A stretch of DNA of 64,000 nt from an uncultured bacterium (GTDB lineage: Bacteria; Patescibacteriota; Minisyncoccia; Phycocordibacterales; PALSA-1337): assembly GCA_903872035.1 (NCBI GenBank), contig CAIQIZ010000009.1, forward strand, positions 7,299-71,298. The letters run 5' to 3'. Below, piece by piece: positions 48,180 to 55,979 of the stretch. How positions within the stretch are numbered: the stretch's first letter is position 1; each line of letters begins with the position of its first letter. The position numbers were made by a program, and so were the translations under genes. The notes under the pieces are model-generated. The model was not told where the DNA came from and ran no database searches. It saw only the letters and a program-made list of their open reading frames with translations.

Positions 48180-50108
48180 TCAATCCACTTTCAACACCTT
48201 TTTGAGGATGTCTTCTGGGACTTCGCTGGCAGCCGCTGGCGCTTTCGGCGCAGGGACTGTCGGTGGTACAACTGGATTTTGAGGCACAATTATTGGTTGA
48301 GCCGCGGGCGGATTTTGACTGACTGGCTTATGAATTTTTCCCTTCCCCAAAACCGCCGCCAAAGCGCTCTTCAGATCGGCGACATTCTTCGGTGATTGAA
48401 CTTTTGGATCCTGCTTTGGGAACAATGGCTTAGGCACCAATGAAGACAATGGAACTGATTGGGCCTTCGGCAACTCAGGCTTGGTAGGCGCCACTTGAAT
48501 CGGCTGGATTTTGGCCGGCTCCACCTTTATCGGCGGGACCTTACTTGGCTCGACTGCGATCGCGGCAGGCTTTACCGGGATCGGGGACGCCGAGGTCACC
48601 ACCGGCATCGTCTTTGCCTTATCTAGAGTCTCCTTCAAATGAGCGAACGGTTTGATGAGCGGCCTCGCAGTGGCTGGGATCGGAGAATGAACTGGATCTG
48701 ATGTCGGTGCCGGCGACTTGCTCGGCTCTCGAACAGCCTGCGGAGCGGCGGTTGCTGAAGGCGCTGACGGAGTTGGAGCTTGGCTTTTTACGATCGGCTT
48801 GACGACCACCGTCGGCTCATGGAACTTCAGGATCTCTGCCTCGACTTGTGCTCTCGGTCTTGCAAACTGTTCACGAGAAGCGTCGATGATCTCTTTGACA
48901 TAAGAGACGTCCGGATGCTCGATGGGCGGCAAGGTAACAGCGGAAAATGGCGGCGATGTGAGACCGTCGATCATCAATTTCAAATATATTTGTGTGAACC
49001 CGAGGTTAACCAAATCTTCGATGACGAATTGTGGAGAGAATTCCTTTTCCAATTCTTCCGCGTCAGTGGCACCGACTCTAAACGTGATCATGGTCCCAAC
49101 GTTGCCGAAGACGGCAGGTCTGACGATCTCATCCATCTGCTCTATATATTGGTGGGCTATGGTCAGGTTCAATTTGTATTTTCTCGCCTCAGAAAGGATG
49201 TCGGCGAATGAGGCGTTGGCAAAGTTCTGGAATTCGTCCACGAATAGATAGAAGTTCGGCAGCATCCGAGCCACACGGTCTGGCGTATCGGCTCGCGACA
49301 TCGCCGCCAGATAGATCTTGGTCACCAACAACCCTCCGAGGAGCTTCATATTCTCATCACCTATCCTTCCCTTCGAGAGGTTGATGATGATGATCTTTCT
49401 GTGATCCATCGCCTCACGGAAATCAAAGGATGAATGCGGCTGGCCGATCATGTTCCTAATGAGCGGATTTGCGGTAAACTGTCCGACTTTGTTTTGGATG
49501 GCCGGAACTGCTTCTGCTGCCATGCGCTCTGTATAGTTGGCGAACTCCTTGACCCAGAAAGTCTTTACCGACGGATCCTGAACATGTGAGATGATCTCCT
49601 TGCGATAATCCTTATCAGAGAGCATCCTGTTCACTCCGAGCAATGTGGTTCCTGGCGCTTCGAGCAAAGCCAAAAGAGTATTAGTCAAAATGTATTCCAT
49701 GCGTGCCGACCAGGCGTCTTCCCAGATCTTTTTGAAAGTGCTCATGAGACCAGAAGCGACCAGATGCCGTTTCTGTGAATCGACGCTTTCCAAAACATTG
49801 AATGAGATCGGATTTTCCACATCGAAAGGAGCGATGTATATGACATCGCGAATGCGCTCTTTGGGGACGTATTCCAAAAGGAGGTCGGCGGTCTTGCCGT
49901 GTGGATCGATGAAACAAATGCCTTCGCCGCCTTGGATATCTTGCACTGCCATATTCTCCAACATGGTGGATTTGCCCATGCCGGTCTTTCCGATGACATA
50001 GACGTGCCTGGTGCGGTCCTTGGCTTTGATACCGAATCTCACCCGCTTATTACGGGCGTCTGTCTGGCCAAAATATGTGATGCGATTTTCGTCCATGATG
50101 AAGATCAA
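48180..50108 (-). CDS. TraD/VirD4/TrwB-like coupling-protein-type P-loop ATPase with about 210-aa Pro/Ala/Val/Lys-rich C-terminal tail
   Basis: Walker A VIGKTGMGKST, Walker B LFVDEFQNF, TIAHQ motif; low-complexity tail PAPTSDPVHSPIPA...PKAPAAAS; probable true start ATG (MDEN) at 50096. Confidence 0.5.
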   Translation of the reverse strand: MIFIMDENRITYFGQTDARNKRVRFGIKAKDRTRHVYVIGKTGMGKSTMLENMAVQDIQGGEGICFIDPHGKTADLLLEYVPKERIRDVIYIAPFDVENPISFNVLESVDSQKRHLVASGLMSTFKKIWEDAWSARMEYILTNTLLALLEAPGTTLLGVNRMLSDKDYRKEIISHVQDPSVKTFWVKEFANYTERMAAEAVPAIQNKVGQFTANPLIRNMIGQPHSSFDFREAMDHRKIIIINLSKGRIGDENMKLLGGLLVTKIYLAAMSRADTPDRVARMLPNFYLFVDEFQNFANASFADILSEARKYKLNLTIAHQYIEQMDEIVRPAVFGNVGTMITFRVGATDAEELEKEFSPQFVIEDLVNLGFTQIYLKLMIDGLTSPPFSAVTLPPIEHPDVSYVKEIIDASREQFARPRAQVEAEILKFHEPTVVVKPIVKSQAPTPSAPSATAAPQAVREPSKSPAPTSDPVHSPIPATARPLIKPFAHLKETLDKAKTMPVVTSASPIPVKPAAIAVEPSKVPPIKVEPAKIQPIQVAPTKPELPKAQSVPLSSLVPKPLFPKQDPKVQSPKNVADLKSALAAVLGKGKIHKPVSQNPPAAQPIIVPQNPVVPPTVPAPKAPAAASEVPEDILKKVLKVD

Positions 50109-50159
50109 ACTACGTACATGTCAGTGTAATTATATCACGGAATCTCCGGGATTTGCTAT

Positions 50160-50200
50160 ATAAAAAGAGACCCCTCGCCGCTAAGGTGCGACGAGGGGTG
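50160..50200 (-). terminator. rho-independent terminator (minus strand)
   Basis: minus strand CCCCUCGUCGC-accuua-GCGGCGAGGGG then UCUCUUUUUAU. Confidence 0.55.
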
Positions 50201-50620
50201 AGGAGACCTGAAATTGGTTAAGCGAACAGCAGGCCTCTGGGACTAAAGGCGGTCGATTCCCTCCGCAGAGGAGGTACAGGAGGGCGCAATTTCCTTTCAA
50301 CCTTATCACGGAGCGCCCGCTCATCTTGAAAGTACACGTTCGGCTGAGAAAGGAAAGCGAGTGCTCTCCCAACTTCATCCGAGTCCGTAAGTTTAACGCG
50401 TTGACGTGTATCCTCCTCACCTTCTTTAGGTGGAATTCCGACCGGTATCCGAGTAATTACTCGAGCCATAGGTATTACTTCTCTGTCGTTTCTTGCCTGT
50501 ACAAGCCTATCTGAAAAGAGGAACCGATAACTGATACTAAAGGAGCAGGCGAATACAGATCTTTGGTTGTTTCGCTCCGGAAATAAATGATACCACGAAT
50601 CTAAAGTAAAGCAAGTAGCT
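50200..50620 (-). ncRNA. candidate structured ncRNA of unknown class (GC-rich, hairpin-dense, terminator-capped intergenic region)
   Basis: about 430 nt between two minus-strand genes with only short ORFs; perfect 14-nt palindrome CGAGTAATTACTCG, AACGCGTT, T-loop-like GGTCGATTCC on plus strand; own terminator at 50160-50200. Confidence 0.3.
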
Positions 50621-50625
50621 GTGGA

Positions 50626-51882
50626 TTACTTCAGCAAAAGCGCCTTTGGATCATAGACGCTTGCCGCGTCCCAGAGCATCCAACTAGTCAGTCCGGAATC
50701 ATTGGTGGCTTTGATCTGCTCACGGATCATAGCTGGCGTGTATTTAGCGCCGAGGTCGAAGGATTGCAGCCATGGCCGTAGCTTATTCTTGTCATAGACA
50801 GTCTTTGTGTATAGTTGCGGCGACGTCGAAGCGATAGGTTCCAAACCTTGAGACTTGTCACGAGTAGTCGTGGCTTCGGCTTTGGCAATGGCTTTATCCA
50901 TAGAATACTTTACGACTTCATAAGGATGCTCCGCCGGTTTGGTGTAACCGAGAAAGCCATGCGCAAAATGGGATGGATATACCATCGGGGCGACATAGTC
51001 GAAATATGGCAAAGCATCGAGGAGGCTTTGGCCGATACCGAGATCATCTTCGGAACTGGTAGTCAGCCCAAAGAAATCAGCTGAAAGAGGGATGCTCGTA
51101 GAAGCAAACTTTTCGCGCAAATAGAGGAAAAACGAGCGCATGACTTCTTCTCTATTGCGGCCGTCGCTCCAGACATAAGAAATGTCCTTCATGTTCCCAT
51201 CAGAAGGATAACGGATGTAATCAAAGTTTAACTCGTCGAAACCATCAGCATAAGCTTCATTGCCGATAGACACCAAATAATCCCAAACTGGCTGGGCTCC
51301 AGCATCCAACCATTTGACTCCTTTGTAATCAGCCCAAACGCCCCCTTCTTTGGTCTTGACCGCCCATTCTGGGTGGAGATTTACCAGAAACGTATCTTGA
51401 AATGAAGAGATACGTCCGATGACATAGACACCCTTGTCATGCAATCCCTTTATGTACTCCTTTATGTCGGGGATGCGTTTTTCTGCCGACCCGATCGCTT
51501 GCAGCGCAGGATCGTCCACGGGAAAACTGATCCGTCCAGTATAGTCTTTTATATCGATAATCACCGCGTTTATCTCCGTCGATGTGACAAGGTTGTCAAG
51601 CTCGCTTCTAAATTTCTTGTTGCCAGCTGCCCAACTGGTCATGTAGACGGCCTTGAGCGGATCCGGGGTCGCAAGGTGGTAGACCACTATGCTCGATGTC
51701 GCAACTGCTCGGCTCAGGTCTGCCGGCGACGTCGTCGCGATCTCGACAACTTCGACCTTGTAAGTGGTATGACTGGAAAACAAAGTGAGTGAAGCGACGA
51801 CGCAAAGCACGATGATAATACAAGCGCCGACCAATATAGCCATGATACGCGTTGCTCCAATATCCTGCCACCGGTTACTCAT
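50626..51882 (-). CDS. putative glycoside-hydrolase-like TIM-barrel protein (GHL/DUF4015-type), N-terminal TM anchor
   Basis: TM helix then INAVIIDIKDYTGRISFPVDDP...GVYVIGRISSFQD...FDELNFDYIRYPSDG pattern typical of this family. Confidence 0.45.
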   Translation of the reverse strand: MSNRWQDIGATRIMAILVGACIIIVLCVVASLTLFSSHTTYKVEVVEIATTSPADLSRAVATSSIVVYHLATPDPLKAVYMTSWAAGNKKFRSELDNLVTSTEINAVIIDIKDYTGRISFPVDDPALQAIGSAEKRIPDIKEYIKGLHDKGVYVIGRISSFQDTFLVNLHPEWAVKTKEGGVWADYKGVKWLDAGAQPVWDYLVSIGNEAYADGFDELNFDYIRYPSDGNMKDISYVWSDGRNREEVMRSFFLYLREKFASTSIPLSADFFGLTTSSEDDLGIGQSLLDALPYFDYVAPMVYPSHFAHGFLGYTKPAEHPYEVVKYSMDKAIAKAEATTTRDKSQGLEPIASTSPQLYTKTVYDKNKLRPWLQSFDLGAKYTPAMIREQIKATNDSGLTSWMLWDAASVYDPKALLLK

Positions 51883-52157
51883 TTTTGCTCCGGAGGATTT
51901 TGGTTGGTAATGGTTGATGCTGTTGAAGAGGTTGGGGCCGTTTTTTGTTCGGTCGTAACTGGGGCCGACTTGTGCTCGCTAAAAGGAACGTCTGCAGATT
52001 TCACTGGTTTGACTTTTGGCGCGAAAGAATAAGCTATGAGAGCCACGACGATACCACAAAAGACCGCCCAAAATTTCTGGAATCCCAGCGGGAAGCCGAG
52101 GAACGGGACGATGGCGACCAATACGCCGATGATCATTAATACCTGACGTTTGGACAT
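51879..52157 (-). CDS. small membrane protein (2 TM)
   Basis: start set at ATG MSKRQVLMIIGVLVAIVPFLGF; track ORF extends upstream with alternative start. Confidence 0.3.
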   Translation of the reverse strand: MSKRQVLMIIGVLVAIVPFLGFPLGFQKFWAVFCGIVVALIAYSFAPKVKPVKSADVPFSEHKSAPVTTEQKTAPTSSTASTITNQNPPEQK

Positions 52158-52176
52158 GATGTTCACATTGTAGCAG

Positions 52177-52674
52177 ATGATATATGCGCTTGCGAATATG
52201 GCGCGAGATGATAGGATAGCGCCAGAAAGCAAACGTATGAACGCACGTCCCGAACCGCTCCTTCCGGAGCACTTCCGACCACGCAATGAGAGCAAGCCTG
52301 TCGCCTGGCTCCATATCGGCAACCATCGGTTCATCGGGTTTCTACAGAGGATCTGGAAAGACCATGACAATGAACGTATCTACCGGGTTGAGATCAATCC
52401 CCGAGCAGAGATCATATATGTACCATCGTCACCGCCGACCTCTGACAAAGATGCCTGGTTCGGAAAAGACGATGAGATACAGATCTTAAACAGGGACTCT
52501 GATATGCAACCATTCGCTATTGTAAATCATCGTCCCATCGCACAAAACAGATCTCCGGAAACTATCATCATCCGCTTCGGGGAAGACGGCATGCTAGAAA
52601 TTTCGAAGCGTAAAAAAGACATCGCCTCCGTAACTTCCCTCCTGGGAAACGGCTGTGACGATTCAACTGACTAA
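52177..52674 (+). CDS. hypothetical protein
   Basis: ORF track only. Confidence 0.25.
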   Translation: MIYALANMARDDRIAPESKRMNARPEPLLPEHFRPRNESKPVAWLHIGNHRFIGFLQRIWKDHDNERIYRVEINPRAEIIYVPSSPPTSDKDAWFGKDDEIQILNRDSDMQPFAIVNHRPIAQNRSPETIIIRFGEDGMLEISKRKKDIASVTSLLGNGCDDSTD

Positions 52675-52786
52675 TCTTGGCTCGGAAACTCCTTCCGCGC
52701 CATTTTATTCTGACGAGCGAGGACGTGTGACTGCGAAGCAGGCACAACGTCCGAGTCGAAGTCAGAACACAGGGGTTCAATACCCT

Positions 52787-53548
52787 TTATTTATCCGAGA
52801 CTATGACCACGAATTCTCCTCTGACTTTATCGGGATGTGAATTGAAATAATCCAACACTTCTTTGGGAGTGCCGCTGACCACTTCTTCGAATATCTTGGT
52901 CAATTCGCGACAGACCGTGACTCGCTTCGTGAAGGTGTTCCCGCTTTGTCGCTGGCCCACAGCGCCCAAATCGGGAATACCTTCCCGAAGCTTTTCCCCT
53001 TCCTCCTTGCCTAGGACCTCCAATGTCTTCATGATCCTATGCGGCGATTCGTAGAAGACGACTGTACGTTCCGAGTCGGCGATCTCTTTGAATAAGGTCT
53101 GCCTACCCTTCTTGTGCGGCAAGAATCCAAGAAATATGAAGTCTGCACATGGGACACCTGCAATAGAGAGAGCGGCTGTCAAAGCTGAGGGACCAGGAAT
53201 AGCTTCAATTTTTATCGTACCTGCCGCGATCTCTGTCATCAATGATTCGCGTATATGTCTTACCAATTCAGAACCTGGATCCGAAATCCCCGGAGTCCCA
53301 GCATCAGAGACCAATGCGATATTCTTTCCTTCTTTGAGCAATTGGATCACTTCCTCTGTCCGAGAAAGTTTACTGTGAGCATGATATGAAAGCGTGCGAG
53401 AAGCGATGCTGTGGCGAGAGAATAGCTTCTTGGTGACGCGAGTATCTTCGCAAAGCACCAGATCTGACTTCTTCAAAGTCTCCAGCGCCCGGAGCGTGAT
53501 ATCTTCAAGATTTCCTATAGGGGTGGCTATGACGGATAAAGTTGACAT
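52787..53548 (-). CDS. rsmI: 16S rRNA (cytidine1402-2'-O)-methyltransferase
   Basis: IATPIGNLEDIT, LCEDTRVTKKLF tetrapyrrole-methylase-fold RsmI signatures. Confidence 0.8.
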   Translation of the reverse strand: MSTLSVIATPIGNLEDITLRALETLKKSDLVLCEDTRVTKKLFSRHSIASRTLSYHAHSKLSRTEEVIQLLKEGKNIALVSDAGTPGISDPGSELVRHIRESLMTEIAAGTIKIEAIPGPSALTAALSIAGVPCADFIFLGFLPHKKGRQTLFKEIADSERTVVFYESPHRIMKTLEVLGKEEGEKLREGIPDLGAVGQRQSGNTFTKRVTVCRELTKIFEEVVSGTPKEVLDYFNSHPDKVRGEFVVIVSDK

Positions 53549-53578
53549 GGCGCCACATTAGCACAATTTCAAGGCGGC

Positions 53579-53630
53579 GGAAATGTTTTCGTTTGAGCGC
53601 TGTGGGCCAGCGGCAAACGAAAACATTTCC
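53579..53630. promoter_or_regulatory. 17-bp perfect inverted repeat (18-nt spacer) in rsmI / ATP-grasp divergent intergenic region
   Basis: GGAAATGTTTTCGTTTG ... CAAACGAAAACATTTCC; spacer itself palindromic (CGCTG..CAGCG). Confidence 0.6.
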
Positions 53631-53691
53631 AGAGCCTGAAAATCCATACATACCATTGACCAATAATCGTTATATCTATAGACTGTATTTT

Positions 53692-54930
53692 ATGTCATCA
53701 AACACTACTAAAATCATATATGTCAGCCGAGAGATAGAAAGAGCCTTGGGCACAGCTCCGAGCCAGAATTATCATATAGTTTCCAACCTGACTCCTTACG
53801 GACAAGCCGTCAAGGATCAGTATCCTGATTTCGTCACATTGATAAAGAGCGGCGACACCGACCTTCTCGGAACTACCGACCTTTTGAACCATCCGGAGAC
53901 GTCGAAATTGATCAGCGATGATTCGCGTCTATTGGTATTCAAGAACACCCTGCGAGTCGAGACTGCCGCCAAAGAGAACCATTGGCAGCTTTTGAATCCA
54001 GCAGCCGCTGTCTCAGAAAGAGTCGAGAATAAGCTTTCTCAAGTCCGCTGGCTTGGGACCGTCGGTCAAAAATATCTCCCCTCCCACGCTGTCAAAGTCG
54101 CCAAATTCATCACTTGGAAAGGAGATTCTCCTTTCATAATCCAATGGGCTCACGGCCACACTGGCGATGGAACCATCCTTATCAAAACTGCAGAAGATCT
54201 GCGCGCCCTCCAAGAAAAGTTTCCGGAACGCATGGCCCGCATAACTGGCTTCGTCGATGGACCATCATTTACAGTGAACGTTGTCGTCACTCCAGAACGT
54301 ATCCTCATGGGCAATGTCAGTTACCAGATCACTGGCCTTCAACCATTCACAGACAATGAGTTCAGCACCATAGGCAACGATTGGGGCGCCGCCAAGAAGA
54401 TCCTTTCAACGAGCGACATGCAAACGATCCAAGCCATCACCGCTGAGATTGGACAAAAGATGCAAGCTGACGGCTGGAAAGGCCTGTTCGGCATCGATTT
54501 CATCCGCGAAGAAAAAAGCCAACGTATCTATCTCATAGAAGTAAACGCCCGCCAGCCAGCCTCCTCGACGTTCGAATCATTCTTGCAAGAAGAAGCTCGG
54601 GCTAAAGGAGTCCGTGGATTGACCACTTTTGAAGCTCATATCCGCGCCTTGCTCGGCCTACCCATGGACCAAGACCTGATCGCCATAGATGACGGTGCCC
54701 AGATCATTCAGCGCGTCACCAAGAATGTCCAGAGCATATTCGATGATGCCGGGAAAGAGCTACGCAAGAAAGGCTACACGGTACTCACCTACCAAAACAG
54801 CGCACCAAATTCCGACCTGCTCCGCATCCAATCACCGACCGGCATTTTGGAAAGTCATCGTGTCTTCAATATTAAAGGTAAAGAGATCGCCGAAGCTATC
54901 AAATGCTCGCATTTCAAGATCGAGGTGTAG
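53692..54930 (+). CDS. ATP-grasp superfamily ligase
   Basis: start set at MSSNTTK (track ORF begins inside rsmI); GLFGIDFIREEKSQRIYLIEVNARQP ATP-grasp C-domain motif. Confidence 0.55.
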   Translation: MSSNTTKIIYVSREIERALGTAPSQNYHIVSNLTPYGQAVKDQYPDFVTLIKSGDTDLLGTTDLLNHPETSKLISDDSRLLVFKNTLRVETAAKENHWQLLNPAAAVSERVENKLSQVRWLGTVGQKYLPSHAVKVAKFITWKGDSPFIIQWAHGHTGDGTILIKTAEDLRALQEKFPERMARITGFVDGPSFTVNVVVTPERILMGNVSYQITGLQPFTDNEFSTIGNDWGAAKKILSTSDMQTIQAITAEIGQKMQADGWKGLFGIDFIREEKSQRIYLIEVNARQPASSTFESFLQEEARAKGVRGLTTFEAHIRALLGLPMDQDLIAIDDGAQIIQRVTKNVQSIFDDAGKELRKKGYTVLTYQNSAPNSDLLRIQSPTGILESHRVFNIKGKEIAEAIKCSHFKIEV

Positions 54931-54967
54931 GGCAAAGTAGCGGAATATTTTCGGAGACCATGAAACG

Positions 54968-55789
54968 TTGCTGATTTTGCGTTACAATAGAACATCACTT
55001 ATGCCCACAGCCACACTCGGAATCAAAGCCCTTTCGATCATCGATCAATACGTCCACTTCAAGTTCGGATCGGCTGTCTGCTCTGTTCCCTATTTCAATA
55101 ACAAGACCGTCGGAGCCAGGGCGGCTCTGCGGGCGACCATAGGCAAAGGCAATCCGAAAGATATCCTGGACGAGGTTCAATCGATCGCCGTAAAGTCTCA
55201 CTTTGATCCAAAAACATTGACTGATGAATCTTTGAAGAAATTTCTAGTAGATCACAATCTTGGCATCGAGTGTTCCGGTTTCGCCTATTACATTTTGAAC
55301 GCTGAATCGGAAGAGCGTGGCAAAGGCGCTTTAGATAAACATCTCCACTTCACCAAAGCTGGAGGCTTTTTCGGAATGGTCCGCACCAGATTACGTCCTG
55401 TTGAGAATTGCGCTGTCGCCACTTTCGCCGACGATAAAAATAGTTCAGCCATTTCACTTAATGACACGCAACCAGGAGACATCATTACCATGCTAAACGA
55501 TGGTAATGAATCTGAGCACGACCATATTTTGATTGTGACCGAAATTGAATTTGAAAATTCCCAATCAAGTTCCAAGCCGACTAAAATCCATTACGCCCAC
55601 GCTGTCGCATATCCAGAAGACGGCCTTCTTGGAACCGGCGTGAAGCAGGGGGTCATTGAAATCAGCGCTGATTCAAATTCAATCACTGATGGTCTCTGGT
55701 CAGAAAATGGATCAACTACAAAAGCTGAACGAATCTTTAATCGCGCAAAGAAATCAAAAACAGAGATCAGAAGATTGAGGTGGTTTTGA
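54968..55789 (+). CDS. hypothetical protein, possible papain-like Cys/His hydrolase
   Basis: candidate catalytic C in IECSGFAYYIL and H in HDHILIVTE about 90 aa apart; weak. Confidence 0.3.
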   Translation: MLILRYNRTSLMPTATLGIKALSIIDQYVHFKFGSAVCSVPYFNNKTVGARAALRATIGKGNPKDILDEVQSIAVKSHFDPKTLTDESLKKFLVDHNLGIECSGFAYYILNAESEERGKGALDKHLHFTKAGGFFGMVRTRLRPVENCAVATFADDKNSSAISLNDTQPGDIITMLNDGNESEHDHILIVTEIEFENSQSSSKPTKIHYAHAVAYPEDGLLGTGVKQGVIEISADSNSITDGLWSENGSTTKAERIFNRAKKSKTEIRRLRWF

Positions 55790-55937
55790 GCTCGGTGGAA
55801 ATGTCTACGAGCCGATTCGCAATGCGATTTGAGCCATGAACAAATTGCCCGTATGAGCTGAATCCCTGGAAGCGCATACGGCTGCAATTTGGAATGGCGA
55901 CCTTGCGAGGAGACGAGGAGACATTTCCATCGAGCTC
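55788..55937 (+). repeat. extended-hairpin structured element, copy 2 (about 150 nt), starts within stop codon of 54968-55789 and lies 42 nt upstream of mraY
   Basis: 18-bp closing stem GAGCTCGGTGGAAATGTC/GACATTTCCATCGAGCTC (one G-U); interior matches reverse complement of 7069-7214. Confidence 0.7.
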
Positions 55938-55979
55938 ATACAAAACACGACTTGAATCAACACCTTTCCGCGTGGTATT

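Noticed and set aside
50250-50275. GGTCGATTCC T-loop-like motif as the 3' end of a tmRNA or tRNA
   Set aside because: Flanking sequence could not be folded into a T-stem plus acceptor stem on either strand. It is kept only as part of the generic ncRNA candidate.
50218-50469. 83-aa ORF (MARVITRIPVG...) as a real small protein
   Set aside because: It lies entirely within the GC-rich hairpin-dense region, its sequence looks like translated structured RNA (Arg/Pro-rich, no hydrophobic core pattern), and it sits upstream of its own terminator. More parsimonious as noncoding.
52740-52786. tRNA-like T-arm (AGGGG-TTCAATA-CCCTT) in the convergent intergenic region
   Set aside because: No complementary acceptor 5' strand, no D-arm or anticodon arm, and no CCA or discriminator context. 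Judged a chance T-loop-like hairpin.
53542-53691. Track start of the ATP-grasp ORF at 53542, overlapping rsmI
   Set aside because: The N-terminal 50 residues (MTWRHISTISRRRKCFRLSAVGQ...) are read-through of the divergent intergenic palindrome. The first Met followed by a conserved-looking sequence is MSSNTTK at 53692.
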